Shown here: piece by piece, positions 13,864-26,605 of the stretch
Layout: each line of letters starts with the position of its first letter
How positions within the stretch are numbered: the first letter of the stretch is position 1
Made by a program: the position numbers and the translations under genes
NCBI GenBank assembly: GCA_964016885.1
Contig: OZ024740.1
Location: forward strand, 34,844,001 to 34,908,000
Length of the DNA: 64,000 nt
Direction: 5' to 3'
DNA from: Eledone cirrhosa
Taxonomy: Eukaryota
Notes under the pieces: generated by a model
What the model was told of the DNA's origin: nothing
The model's database searches: none
The model's input: the letters and a program-made list of their open reading frames with translations, nothing else

Positions 13864-14321
13864 AATAAATAGGTTAGGAAGAGAGTTCCGAGGGTGTGTG
13901 GAAATACATTTAGAAAAAAAGGGGGAAGGAGAACAAATAAAAATAAACGTAAAAATAAACATAAGAATTAACAATAAGATGAGCAAGTGATGGAAGGGTG
14001 TGAGGCGTGTAAGGGTGGTGGCGGGTGGAGTTGGGCGAGGGTCGAAGCGGGGAAGGCTGAATGTGGGTTTGTGTATGTGTGTAGGTGTACGTCAGTGTGT
14101 GTGTGCGTGTGTGTTTATGTGAGAAGAAGGACAGGTTCCATGTTCAGGAAAAGGTGTGTGCGTGGGTGGGGTGTAAGTGGGTGTGTGCGTGCGTGTGGCA
14201 GGATGGGAGACAGGGGTGGGGGAGGGGGCGTGTGGATTCCGGAGGTTGAGTGTGTATATGTGGGGGTACGCACGTGTGTGTTTGTGTTTATATGTGGTGT
14301 GGAATACATATATATATATAT

Positions 14322-14509
14322 AGGAACCAGTAAGACCCCGACAGCTGAGCTCAAGCCGTTTCGACGGCTAATTCGGAGAATTAGCCGTCGAAACGGCTTG
14401 AGCTCAGCTGTCGGGGTCTTACTGGTTCCTATTACCCACTCTACTACCTCAAGTATTGAGTACTTTGGTGCGTTATGGTCCACCTGGTTCCTTACCACAT
14501 TTCCTTCGT

Positions 14510-14510
<1 letters not shown>
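14322..14510 (+). mobile_element. Mini fold-back PLE end, family A
   Basis: ~52-bp inverted arms centred at ~14375 plus an ~80-nt tail, flanked by (TA)n. Confidence 0.8.
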
Positions 14511-14534
<24 letters not shown>

Positions 14535-14540
<6 letters not shown>

Positions 14541-14748
14541 GTGAGATTTTTTTACAAAATGAAAAATAACCGAGGTGTCCTACACGAGTGAAAGTATAAA
14601 GAAAAAAAAGATGAAATCGAAAATGCAACTGGAGTCTTATTTTTAAAAAATATATATATATATTTATCTGGTTCCTTTACCGGTTTCGCAGTTCTTCTGC
14701 TTTTCAAAAGTAGAGTTGAGATGGAGGGTCTGTGGTTTTTCTCACCTC
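14535..14748 (-). mobile_element. PLE 3' end, family B, with variant hammerhead
   Basis: Same sequence recurs at 39876, 40059, 41862 and 43123. Minus strand reads TTGAAAA-GCAG-aagaa-CTGC-GAAACCGGTA. Confidence 0.7.
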
Positions 14749-14790
14749 TATCTATCTATCTATCTCTATATATATATATATATATATATA

Positions 14791-14983
14791 GGTGTGTGGC
14801 TGAGTGGTTAGAGAACTGGATTCGCAATCGTGAGGTTGTGAGTTCCGGGCCGAGCGATGCGTTATGTCCTTGAGTATTGCTCCTTCTACCTGGAGTTGCG
14901 ACCGATGGTAGTATTAATAATTGGAAATACCAATGGAAACATTGTTTCCTCGGTCCGATTTGACGAATGTCGATCGATTTGAT
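14791..14983 (+). mobile_element. tRNA-derived SINE, family 1
   Basis: A box tggctgagtgg, B-box remnant and gtccttgag core. Homologous to 17999, 45035 and 51424. Confidence 0.75.
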
Positions 14984-15159
14984 GTATATATATGTATATA
15001 AATGTATATGTATATATATATAATATAAGGTTCAAACAGTAGCGGACTTAAGAGAGTAATCAAACCAACCTGGGTACTTCGTCGAGTGCTCCAACCTGCA
15101 TACTGAGGTGTCGATAAACAGCCAACACATACTAAAAAAATATATATAATATATATATA

Positions 15160-15575
15160 AGCAAAAGGGATATTCAATTTGTTGGTAATTCAACAAATAT
15201 AAATGTTTATTTAGAGCACTCGACAGTTTTCTGGAGTATAATATTCATTGATATTAAATAAATGGAAACTATGTTTATAAAACCATATTTATTCTATTAT
15301 ATATATTTCAAGGGTACCAAAACTTTGGTACGCTTTCATCAGATAAAATACATATTTGTTTTATAAATTTTGACAACCAAGAAAAGATACCTTAACGGTT
15401 AAGGAAAACTTGAACCGTTAAGGTATCTTTTCTTGGTTATGTCAAAATTTATAAAACAAGCTTTGTATTTTATCTGATGAAAGCGTACCAAAGTTTTGGT
15501 ACCCTTGAAATATATATAATAGAATAAATATGATTTTATAAACATAGTTTCCATTTATTTAATATCATTGAATAG
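15160..15575. mobile_element. Fold-back PLE end with paired hammerheads
   Basis: ~160-bp inverted arms centred at ~15406, unpaired tail at 15160-15240, TA-rich flanks. Confidence 0.82.
15468..15524 (+). ncRNA. Minimal type I hammerhead ribozyme (mirror at 15292-15348, minus)
   Basis: TTTTAT-CTGATGA-AAGCGTACCAA..TTGGTACCCTT-GAAA-TATATA-TA-ATAGAA. Confidence 0.82.
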
Positions 15576-15686
15576 AATATATATATACGTATATATGTAT
15601 ACTCTCAAGCGTGAACCTAATACTAACCTAGTACTACCTCTTCGCGTTGTTTTCGTTTTTTTTTTTTTTTTTCTGTTTTAACTATA

Positions 15687-15813
<127 letters not shown>

Positions 15814-16319
15814 AATAAAACAAAGATATATATATATATAACTAAAAACAAGTCAAACTGCTAGATACTTTGATGGTACAGAAAATGTGAGAAAAATCTT
15901 ATCTATTGACAATATATAAACTCTTCTTCTTTCTTTCTCTCTTTTTTTCTATATTTTCCTATTCTTTCTTTCCTTATGTTTCCCCTTTTTTCTTTTTTTT
16001 TCTTACTTAAATTTGATTTAAAAAATAAACATCGTTGTTTACTTTAAAAAAAATATATATAAAGTTGTAAATCATCTTGAAAATTTCGTTGTATAATGAT
16101 CCGCTTTAAAGGCTAAATGGGCCGATTTTCTCAACAAACACCGACATTTTGTTTTCATAGATACCTGAAATTTTACTAGATTAGGAAAAAAAAAAAGAAA
16201 AATATGTAAACATCTATTGATATCATAGCATGTGTTCTAAATATTGTATTTGTTTAACCTGTTTGATAATAAAATACATTGATAAGAATATTTGACAAAT
16301 AATATTTGACATTATATAA

Positions 16320-16390
16320 GGGCGGTGGATTGGCAGTATCGGTAGAAGGTCGGACGCCATGCTTTGCAGCATAGAGTTACGGGCCTTTAC
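16320..16390 (+). mobile_element. SINE family 2, 5' part
   Basis: gggcggtggattggcagtatcggtaga...ttcaaatcc head shared with 27519, 50139 and 58925. Confidence 0.75.
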
Positions 16391-16606
16391 GGTCTGATTC
16401 AAATCCTGCCAGAATTCATGACTCGCTTGATAGTTATATTTCTTAACATGCTTATTTTATTGTTATTGCATTGTTACTGTATTTATGTGCTTACCGTATC
16501 TTGTTCATGATCTTATACCCGTATATGGTATTATATACCTTGTTTTATAACAATTTGTGTTAATAGATGTATAAATAATCAAGTGAGTTATGAATTCTGG
16601 CCCACC

Positions 16607-16658
<52 letters not shown>

Positions 16659-16807
16659 CAAGTTAAGGTATATAATACCATATACAGGTATAAGATCATG
16701 AACAAGATACGGTAAGCACATAAATACAGTAACAATACAATAACAATAGAATAAGCATGTTAAGAAATATAACTATCAAGCGAGTCATGAATTCTGGCCC
16801 ACACTGT
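16388..16807. mobile_element. Two opposed partial Tc1/mariner-type MITEs
   Basis: TIR ends gaattctggcccaccctg-TA (16609) and gaattctggcccacactg-TA (16807). The bodies mirror each other around a (TA)n tract. Confidence 0.7.
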
Positions 16808-17099
16808 ATATGTATAAATATATATATATGCAGAGGTTATATTTAATTTGTTGGGATTCAACAAGCTTAAAATTTTACTATTTTACTAATTTTATTAACC
16901 GCTGGCCAATCAATGATAAACATTGATTGCCAAATATATTAACTATGGAGATATAAAAGATACAGAAACAAAAACCAACCAAACAGTGAGTCTGTTCTGT
17001 TATTATTTCTGGCAATATTACAACAATATGACCCTCCCCAAGTATAACAATATTTGTTTCGACTCACGATTTCATATAAAAAACGTTGCAAAAAAATTT

Positions 17100-17560
17100 T
17101 GGAAGCTCTGTCATGTGACATTAACAGAAGTGATAAATGATATGAGCACCAACTGGAAAGGGTGGCTTGAACAGTATAAGATCTTGTGAGACATGACCAT
17201 CCTGTGTGACAATTTGATCGTGGCTAAAAACCTGACATTGTTGTCATAGAAAAGAAAAGTAAGAAGGCAAGTATTGTAGATATTGCTTCACCGTGTCACC
17301 ACGGTGAATGAGAAGAAAAGTGAGAAAATTGAGAAATAGCAGGAGCTAAAGAGAAATCAAGAAACTGTGGAGAATCAGACATGTAGAAGTGGTACCGATT
17401 GTGGTTGACACACTGGGAGCAGTTATTAAAAGGTTGGATACATGGCTTGAGAAGCTAGGAATTGCCATTAGGGCGAGATTGTTTCAGAAAACAGCCTTTC
17501 TAGGAACAGCAAGAATTCTAAAAAGGGTATTGGAAAGTTGAAGGAGAAAGAATGACCCAA
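17100..17560 (+). mobile_element. R4/Dong-like RLE LINE 3' fragment
   Basis: Manual translation gives KPDIVVIEK..IVDIASP..VPIVV..LG..QKTAFLGTARILKRVLES. Confidence 0.75.
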
Positions 17561-17659
17561 AGGATCTTTGGCCATTGGCAATGGCTCGCTCTTTTGGTAG
17601 TGTGCTTACATCAGAAATAATTTATTGTTAAAAAATAAATAAAAATAAATAATTATAAT

Positions 17660-17850
17660 AATGGTTTCTACTTTTGGCACAAGGCCAGCAATTATCCCAG
17701 TGTATTACTGGTACTTTATTTTATTGACCCCGTAAGGATGAAAGGCAAAGTTAACCTCGGCCGGATTTGAACTCAGACCATAAAGAACCGTAACTCTTTG
17801 CTGCAAAGCATGGCGACGGCCCTCTACCGATACTGCCAATTCACTGCCCT
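17660..17850 (-). mobile_element. SINE family 2
   Basis: Reverse complement of the head plus gcctttcatccttacggggtc..aaataaagtaccag central domain. Confidence 0.85.
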
Positions 17851-17998
17851 GCATTATGGGTAGATTGACAGAATCGGACAAAATTCTTCGTGGCATTTGT
17901 TTCGGATTTTTACTTTTCTTGCTGAGGTCAACTTTTACTTTTCTTGCTGAGGTCAACTTTGCCTTTCATCCTTTCGGGGTTGATAAAAGTATCATTTT

Positions 17999-18212
17999 GG
18001 CGTGTAGTTGAGTGGTTAGAGAATTGGATTCACAATCTTGAGGTTGTGAGTTCGATTCCTGGACCGGGTGATGCGTTATGTCCTTGAGCAAGACACTTTA
18101 TTTCACGTTGCTCCTTCTACCTGTAGTTGCGACCGATAGATAGTACTAGCAACTGAAAAGACCGACGAAAACATTGTTTCTTCGGTCCGATTTGACGAAA
18201 GTAGATCGATCC
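17999..18212 (+). mobile_element. tRNA-derived SINE, family 1
   Basis: A box, B box gagttcgattcc, and gtccttgagcaagacact core. Confidence 0.85.
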
Positions 18213-18603
18213 TTTTGATACTGCGATGATTAAAATTGCTGTTCTTATGCCTAAATAAGAAATGAGAATTATATTTTATATTTGTTAATATAAAAAAGTA
18301 TTACTATCTTATTTTTATTCTTCATATTTTCTGTCCTATGTTAGTAGGTTTATTTGATATTAAAAAAAAAACTGTTTTAACACTTGTTATCAGAAAAATC
18401 CTAACTCTACCCAATCAACATTCTTACTTTAACCATAATCCAGATATCATCTCCCATATAAATTTATCAAACACCTCCCCATATATATATATATATATAG
18501 GTATTGAAATTTCCGTTGAAAACAGAAAAGGTCATAGAAGTGAAGAGTGCTCTATGTAAGTATCAGAGCAAAATTTAATGTATAAAAATCAATACAATAT
18601 AAT

Positions 18604-18669
18604 TACCTCATTACCAGAGGTTTCCCGAATGAGGCGAATACGAAAGAAGCGTCTTCATTCGTTCGTCAG
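18604..18669 (-). ncRNA. Hammerhead-like motif in a PLE end (18498-18690)
   Basis: CTGACGA-aCGAATGA..TCATTCGg-GAAAC-CTC-tggtaat-GAG-GTA. Stem I is not evident. Confidence 0.55.
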
Positions 18670-19253
18670 ACGAGGCAATATAAAACATGGGTAAATACTT
18701 GGAAAGTCTCGTCAAGAAAATAAAAAAAAAAGATATAGACAAATGAATTAGAATATGAAATATATAATAATCTTTCAAGAAATATAGTTAGGTGTGTGTA
18801 TATGTATGTATATACGCTCACATATGTGCATATATGTGTATGCACATATGTATACGTATAGTGAAAAAGTGTGCGTAAATATAAAATTTAGGGCAAATGT
18901 ATCTGTAATCTACAGACAGAATAGATACATCATAAGAATATGAATATGAAGGCGCGCGCATAAACACACCTACACACACGTACACTTAGATGCGGAAGTA
19001 AAAGAGGTAAGGGAGTGTAATAATTAAAGGAAAGTATCAATCTCGATATATTTATAAAAATGGAACAATAATTTAGAAAGAAAAATTTTTTTTATTTTTG
19101 CGCAGCCAATCTTACAATTTTATATTTGTACTTACTTATCCACAAGTTTTTTACACCCTGTATCAATATGGCTGAACGCCTTAATGTGTGTATACTTTCT
19201 ATATATGTACATGAGCGACTACGTATTTGTGCGCGCGTGCGTATATATATATA

Positions 19254-19294
<41 letters not shown>

Positions 19295-19326
19295 ATTATG
19301 TAATAAACAACATAAGGCAATTATTC

Positions 19327-19380
19327 CATTTACCAGTGGTTTCTTAAAAGCAAAAGGTTTTGCTTTCAATCCTCAGAATG
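19327..19380 (-). ncRNA. Minimal type I hammerhead ribozyme
   Basis: CATT-CTGAGGA-TTGAAAGCAAAA..TTTTGCTTTTAA-GAAACC-act-GGTA-AATG. Runs into (TA)n about 35 nt downstream. Confidence 0.82.
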
Positions 19381-19489
19381 AAAAAATCCTGGTTTGTTTA
19401 TTGAATTTGGATTTTAAAAAACAAAAATGCAATCTATATGAAAGTGAGGCTGGAGAAGGAAGAAGGAAAGGAAAAATAAAATAAAACTA

Positions 19490-19528
19490 CACATGCAAAC
19501 ACACACACAAAAACACAAAAGCATACAT

Positions 19529-19585
<57 letters not shown>

Positions 19586-19663
19586 TACACATACACATAT
19601 ATATAAAACATACACTTATATACACATACACATACATACACATATACACATACATACATTCAT

Positions 19664-19694
<31 letters not shown>

Positions 19695-20140
19695 CACACA
19701 TATATATACACATATATATATACACACATACACATACATATATATACATGTGTGTACAAGCATACACATACACAAACATAGCCATACACACACATATACA
19801 TACATACATTCACACAATCATACATATATACATACGTACATACATACACATACATAAATGCACTCCTCTACATATTCACACACGCAAATAAATATAAGAA
19901 AAAAATATATAAATATTAAACATTTTTGACACCGTTACATAAGGCAGCTAACTGGACAGACACGCGTGGTAAGTAATACACACAAATGCACGTATACATA
20001 CGTACGAAATCGTAAACACATACACACACTCTCACACATAAATATACATATACAAATACATAAACACATACATACACATACATGCACAAACACGCACACG
20101 TATACAATATATACACACACATATGTATATGTAATTATAT

Positions 20141-20203
<63 letters not shown>

Positions 20204-20383
20204 TATATACATAAATATAAACGCACACACACACACACATATACGTATACATACACACACATATACATACATAGCTAAACAATTATACACATACAAATAC
20301 GTACATATCATAAACACGCACAACCAAATACAAACACACACACACACACACACACATACATATACACATATATATATATATAT

Positions 20384-20430
<47 letters not shown>
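19490..20430. repeat. Compound (CA)n/(TA)n/(CATA)n microsatellite field
   Basis: Direct inspection. ORFs here are low-complexity artefacts. Confidence 0.92.
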
Positions 20431-20432
<2 letters not shown>

Positions 20433-20526
20433 AACCAGTAAGACCCCGACAGCTGAGCTCAAGCCGTTTCGACGGCTAATTTGGTGCGTTATGGTCCACC
20501 TGGTTCCTTACCACATTTCCTTCGTT
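20431..20526 (+). mobile_element. Deleted mini PLE end, family A
   Basis: The left arm is fused directly to the last part of the tail, between (TA)n tracts. Confidence 0.75.
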
Positions 20527-20551
20527 ATATATATATATATATATATATATA

Positions 20552-22676
20552 TGTAGGAGGTGAGTTTTATTGTAGTACAATAAAGCAATGCAGATATCGG
20601 ATAAGAAGCACTCTACAGTTTGTGGGACTGGAGTATGCATAATATAAGATCAAAAGATGGTTAAAGGAGTTCCATATATTTTATTATGCGCATTTCAAAA
20701 ACAAACATCATCAAGCAATAATATTTGTGTTTTCATCAGATAAAACAGGAGAACATGATATGAAGGCTAAAAAAACACTTGTGGATAGTGCAGTTTTAAA
20801 TCAACATATGAAAAGTGGTTTTAGATTGATGTGTGATATTGGGAAAAATATTTTATTTAGAGAGGGGGGGGGATGAAAAGGGAAGGAGATGAGAGGGAGA
20901 GATGGGTGATGGAGAGAAAGAGATAGTTTTTATAACTGAGAGGAGATATATTTTTTACATAGAGGGGTTGAAAACAGATTTTAGATAGAGAGCTGTTCAA
21001 GTATGAGGATGCAGAAGAAATCTTCTTCCAAAAGATGGTATATTTAATGTTTTTGTCTTTTAAGGACCATATGAGTTCTGAGAGAGCAGTGTTAGTTCTT
21101 TTAAGTTTGTATTTGAAAGATGAATGATGATTATAGAGACGAGCTTTAAAAGAGGTGGAAGTGGAGCCAAAATAGGTGAAGGAATTGGTGCTAGTTATAA
21201 TTTTACATTCATAAATTAAGTTTATGAATGTAAAATTATAACTAGCACCAATTCCTTCACCTATTTTGGCTCCACTTCCACCTCTTTTAAAGCTCGTCTC
21301 TATAATCATCATTCATCTTTCAAATACAAACTTAAAAGAACTAACACTGCTCTCTCAGAACTCATATGGTCCTTAAAAGACAAAAACATTAAATATACCA
21401 TCTTTTGGAAGAAGATTTCTTCTGCATCCTCATACTTGAACAGCTCTCTATCTAAAATCTGTAATCTCTGCCTAAATGAAAAATTTACCATTATCTCTAA
21501 CCTAGATTCTATAATAAATAGACGCTCAGATTTGTTTTCTATCTGCCTGCATAAATTCCATATAACTTTTCACAAAGTATACAGTTAATATTCAATTCTT
21601 TATCAATTTAGAATCTTTTCTCAAAGGCACATATACATACACCTCTTTAAAATATACCCATCTACCTTACTTTAAAGTATTATACACTCTATAATACTCG
21701 TTTACTCATTACCCTCATTCTATCTTCTCGTAAAATAATAACATTTGTTTTTGACATTTTGAATATTCATCCGCAATCATTATTATTTTTTCTCTCTATC
21801 ATAAATCTTTTTAATCTCAATTTCATCCTTAATTTATTATTATTTTTTTCTCCCCATCAACGAACTCATTATTAATACATATTAACTCTTTATTCGCACA
21901 TATCATCAATTCAATATACAAACTTCACATTATTTTTCTCAAATCCTTCTACACACAAACCTTAACAATTTTTCTCTTCGCTAATTTTGAAATTGCCACA
22001 ATACATACATTTCTTCTTTTGACGTTAGAATATTCACCCACAATTATTATTTTTTTCTCTCTATCTTCATACATAATTTCCCTTCGTTAATTTTCAAATT
22101 CCTTTAATTTATACATTATCTTCCAACGGTTCCCAACCTCTCTATATTAAAACAATATATCTTTTTCTCAGTTATAAAAACTATCTCTTTCTCTCTATCA
22201 CCCATCTCTCCCTCTCCACCTTCACTCTCATCTCCTCCCCCTTTTTTTCATCCTTTCCACCCCCCTCCCTAAATAAAATATTTTTTCCTCGCACATATCC
22301 TCCCTTCGTTAATTTTCAAAATTTTTAATTTATACAGTATCTTCCAACGGTTTTCAACCCCTCTATGTAAAAAATATATCTCCTCTCAGTTATAAAAACT
22401 ATCTCTTTCTCTCCATCACCCATCTCTCCCTCTCATCTCCTTCCCTTTTCACCCCCCCCTCTCTAAATAAAATATTTTTCCCAATATCACACATCAATCT
22501 AAAACCACTTTTCATATGTTGATTTAAAACTGCACTATCCACAAGTGTTTTTTTAGCCTTCATATCATGTTCTCCTGTTTTATCTGATGAAAACACAAAT
22601 ATTATTGCTTGATGATGTTTGTTTTTGAAATGCGCATAATAAAATATATGGAACTCCTTTAACCATCTTTTGATCT

Positions 22677-22682
<6 letters not shown>
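20552..22682. mobile_element. Fold-back PLE: GIY-YIG endonuclease 3' part plus pLTR
   Basis: From ~21223 the + strand reads YECKI..YFGSTSTSFKARLYNH..TALSELIWSLK..CNLCLNEK..INRRSDLFSICLH. Palindrome 20974-21214/21222-21462, outer arms 20640-20975/22350-22682, tail 20552-20640. Confidence 0.9.
22578..22644 (+). ncRNA. Minimal type I hammerhead ribozyme (mirror at 20679-20745, minus)
   Basis: TTTTAT-CTGATGA-long stem II-GAAA-TGCGCA-TA-ATAAAA, with a palindromic stem III. Confidence 0.85.
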
Positions 22683-22730
<48 letters not shown>

Positions 22731-22916
22731 TTCGTTATTTGTTTTTATACATATATACATATATATATATATATACACATATATATACATATGCATACAC
22801 ATACACACACACATACATGTGTGTGTGTAAAACTCAGTCTTAGATAATACATATGAACCTTACATATACGTATATAGTAGTAAAGTAATAAGGCAACATA
22901 AGGCAACATCAAAGCA

Positions 22917-23393
22917 ACAGCCTATCACGTGCGCGTGATAGGCTGTGGCAAAAGCTACTGACCAATTGGTGCGCTAGCGTGTGAAAGCCGTAAAATATGT
23001 GTGTGTAAATATATATGTGTGTGTAACTGTGTGTGTATATGTGTATGTGTGTATGTATGTGAGTGTGTGTGTGTGAAAGATAGTGGGCCGTAGAAGCTGG
23101 AATTCAAAGGGTGTGAAAGGTGGTAGGTTGTATAAACATGTGTGCGTGTATAAATATAGATGTGTGTGTGTGTGTGTATGTATATGGGTATACATATAAG
23201 TGCGTGTGTGTGAAAGATAGTAGGCCGTAGGGGCTGTTACTGGTCACTATGGTTAGATTAGCCATGTCAGCTCATTTCTCTCAGCCCGGTTGTTAAGTGG
23301 GGGTCTGAGGTTCTCCGAGTAACAGCTGAGGTTCCCCCAGTAACAGCTCCTACGGCCTACTATCTTTCACACACACGCACTTATATGTATACC

Positions 23394-23429
<36 letters not shown>

Positions 23430-23938
23430 TCTATATTTATACACGCACACATGTTTATACAACCTACCACCTTTCACACCCTTTGAATTCCAGCTTCTAC
23501 GGCCCACTATCTTTCACACACACACACTCACATACATACACACATACACATATACACACACAGTTACACACACATATATATTTACACATATTTTACGGCT
23601 TTCACACGCTAACGCACCAATTGGTCAGTAGCTTTTGCCACAGCCTATCACGCGCACGCGCATTCTTTCCCTCGTTTGAATTTTTTTCCCCATAACGGCA
23701 TTCCTATGTTTTAACGATAATACAACTTTCTCCGGCTTAGCCTGTTCCCCCCTTTTGGAACTTTCCCCCCGTTGATGGGCGTGAGCCCGAAATATTGGGA
23801 TTAAATCTCCACTACGGTAACGCTTCTACCTTTGTTTTGTTTTCGTTTTTTCGTTTCTCTCAATTTTCACTTTTCTCCTATTTCTCACTCACTTCCTACC
23901 TCGAGATTTCCCATCTGCATTGTTGTGGCTTTCTAAAC
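22917..23938. mobile_element. Fold-back element with probable PLE end
   Basis: ~300-bp inverted arms ~22935-23245/23337-23655 and an extra hairpin at 22917-22946. Variant hammerhead at 23768-23799, ending in (TA)n. Confidence 0.6.
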
Positions 23939-23962
23939 TATATATTTTATATATATATATAT

Positions 23963-26552
23963 ATTCAGTAATTAGGAATATTCCAAAGCTTGGTAGAACA
24001 AGTTGTAAGGAAAGTTATCAACATACGTTAAAGGTGACTCGACAGGTTGGTAGGGATTCTGTAGTGGAAACACGAACAAACGAGGATTGTAATAAAAAAA
24101 GAGAAATAGGACGAAGGTTAACAGTTACAAAAGGATTTAATCCACGTATTAACAATTGTTTCATCAGAATTTCAGTCCATTATTGCTACACTATGTAATA
24201 ATAGGCAATCAAGAAAGATACTGTGGCATCCGAATTTTCAAAATACAAAATTGAAATGACCTTAGGAAATGAAATAAGGGGTAGTAGTGTAAGATAGAGG
24301 AACAGAGAGAGAGAGAGGGGAAAAAGAGAGGGAGAGAGAGAAAAGGGACGGAGGTAGGGAGAGAAAGAGATAGGGTGGTGTGAGAGGATTTGTATAGAAT
24401 ATAGTTAAGTTACAAGAAGGGAGGGGGAGGAGGGTTGTGTGCTAGAAGTTGTGATGAGTAGAGAGAGAGAAGGAAGATAGAATTTTAAGTGGCAGTTGGT
24501 AGTGGACAGGCGAAAGTTTTACCAGAGAATAGATGAAGGAAGAAAGTATTAAATTTCATATATAGTCTATTTTTAGGAGTGTAGAATTGTTATTTAGGGT
24601 AGAAAAGGAAGATTTAGTTGAAGGTTTGAAGTGTGAGAACTTCGCTTTTAGTTCATGCTGGCAAAAGATTGACCTTTCAATTTTGTTGTTGAGTAGTTGG
24701 TGGCCTGAGCTTAGGATATGGAAGAGCTCATTATTACACAACGGGCACGTTTTCATCCCACTCCGGTATGGAGGAGCATGTGAGAGTTTGGTCCATTTAA
24801 GGGTGTATTGTCGGTTACTCCCTTTTAAGTGCCAAATTTTGTCGGCGAGAGTCGTTACGTAACGGTGTTGGGGGTGCTTTATTGCGTAACGATGCGTGTA
24901 CCAACGAGTTTTGAGGGTGTTTGCAGTGCTGCCTATGTAGTGCCAGGTTTGGTTGTCCGACTCAACCGAGCACCTGTACACTAGGTTTGAATGCAAACAT
25001 TCGTTATTCAATGGACAAGTCTCTGGAAGGTGGCAATTACAATTTCTGTTATGGGGAGTGGTGGAGTTATAGGTGGGCTGAGATGTGTGTATGAGTGTGT
25101 TTTGTGCATACTGTTTGTTAGTGGGTGGTTGTGTATTAGGTGTATTATTGTGTTGAGTGATTGGGGTGTTGTTGTTACGGAGTTTTTGGCGTTGAGCATC
25201 TTAATGTGTGCGTCTAGGTTTGGTGCAGTGGAATAAGATAGTCTAATTGTTTTGGTATTAAGTATACTACTATATTTATGTGAATTTGGAAAGTGTTTTT
25301 TTATAATTTTGTAGAATGTGGAAGGTAAGTTAGAGCTAATAGAAGAGTTAAAAATAGGATTATACCAAATGTAAGATCTACTCCGTGTTCTGTTTTGCTT
25401 TGATGTTGCTGTTGTATTTGTGGTGTGGTTAGTATTAGGGGGTCTAGATGCGTGTGTGCGGGTGTTTGTGGGGCGTTTGGCGTGTCTATGGTTATGTGTT
25501 TTATGGTTGTGTCGGTCTATGTATTCTAGTTTGTCGGTGTGGCCAGCCCGTTCTAATGCAGTGTTGTAATATTCAGCGTGTTGATCAAATATTTGTTGGT
25601 TAGATGAGAGGCGGAATATTCTAAGTGATATACTATGTGGCACGAACCTTATAATAGATAGTGGGTGGTTAGAGCTAGTGTGGATGTAGGTGAGGTTCTC
25701 ATTGTTTTTGTGAAAGGGTGTGATAATTTGGGTGTTGAGGTTGAAGGTGGCATCTAGGAAGTTAACTACTTTGGTACTATATTCGTAGGTGATTTTAAGG
25801 CCAAGGCTATCTAGGGTTCTTCTAATGCTCTTACGGGTTCGCTCTATGTTTTGTTTATTCATGTTTTTAACTAATAGGAGAGCGTCATCTCTATATATTC
25901 CGCCTTGAAGGTAACTAAATTTATTATGTAAGGTGTGGGCTATGTATATACCAACAATATCCGTAACTTGTGCTGAGTCATTAGCACCCATAGTTATGTC
26001 AAAGTTATCTATTCTATCCTTACGTACCCAAACGTTATTTTCAAATTTAATTATCGTCTTTCTAGCTGCTAGGATAATGTTTATTTCGTCGTCGGTTAAG
26101 TCAGAGTTGACTTTCGCAAATGCTAGTGCCTTGTTTAGAGTATCGGGTGATATGGAGGAGTAATAGTCATTAATGTCGAATTGTATAAAGTTAGAGGTAT
26201 TTTTGTTATCTATACTATTAAACCATTTAATTGTGTCGCTAGTATTGTCCCAAAGTTTAATAACTAGTTTATTCCTTAATTGTATTATTATTCTATCTAA
26301 AATATGCTTGCTAATTTTACCTATGTCTGACTTAGAAGGGCATATTAATCTAATTGTGGGTTTATCTAGGAAATCTAATTTGTGGTCCTTAAGATTAAAG
26401 GTGGGGGTACAAGTTGTCATGGGCTCAGTTCTATCTTCAAGTTCTAGACTTTTGACAATATGGTGTGCTTGTTTGTTGATGTTAAGTACTGCTTGGTTAT
26501 TGGTTTTCTTATATTTTTTATGTAATTCCTTCCGTATAATTCCTTCCGTATA
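23963..26552 (-). mobile_element. 5'-truncated Penelope-like element (Naiad-like), RT plus GIY-YIG
   Basis: ORF 25008-26420: FDINDYYSSI, YRDD, VNFLDATFNL, YIHTSSNHP, WYNP. A frameshift leads to linker CNCHLPETCPL and ORF 24556-25011: VYRC..YIGST..RWYTH..CPLCNNE..CQH. (TA)n at both ends. Confidence 0.93.
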
Positions 26553-26559
26553 AGTGTAA

Positions 26560-26605
<46 letters not shown>

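Noticed and set aside
13987-14544. Recurrent peptide MVRNQVDHNAPKYSIL... as a gene family
   Set aside because: It is a chance translation of the non-coding family A repeat and appears on both strands because of the palindrome.
17999-18075. tRNA genes
   Set aside because: The A and B boxes continue into SINE bodies and no complete cloverleaf is present.
24556-26420. Selenocysteine-recoded PLE ORF, as reported for some Naiads
   Set aside because: The conserved cysteines use normal Cys codons and the ORF break is a frameshift. The tail hairpin lacks the SECIS AUGA/GA quartet.
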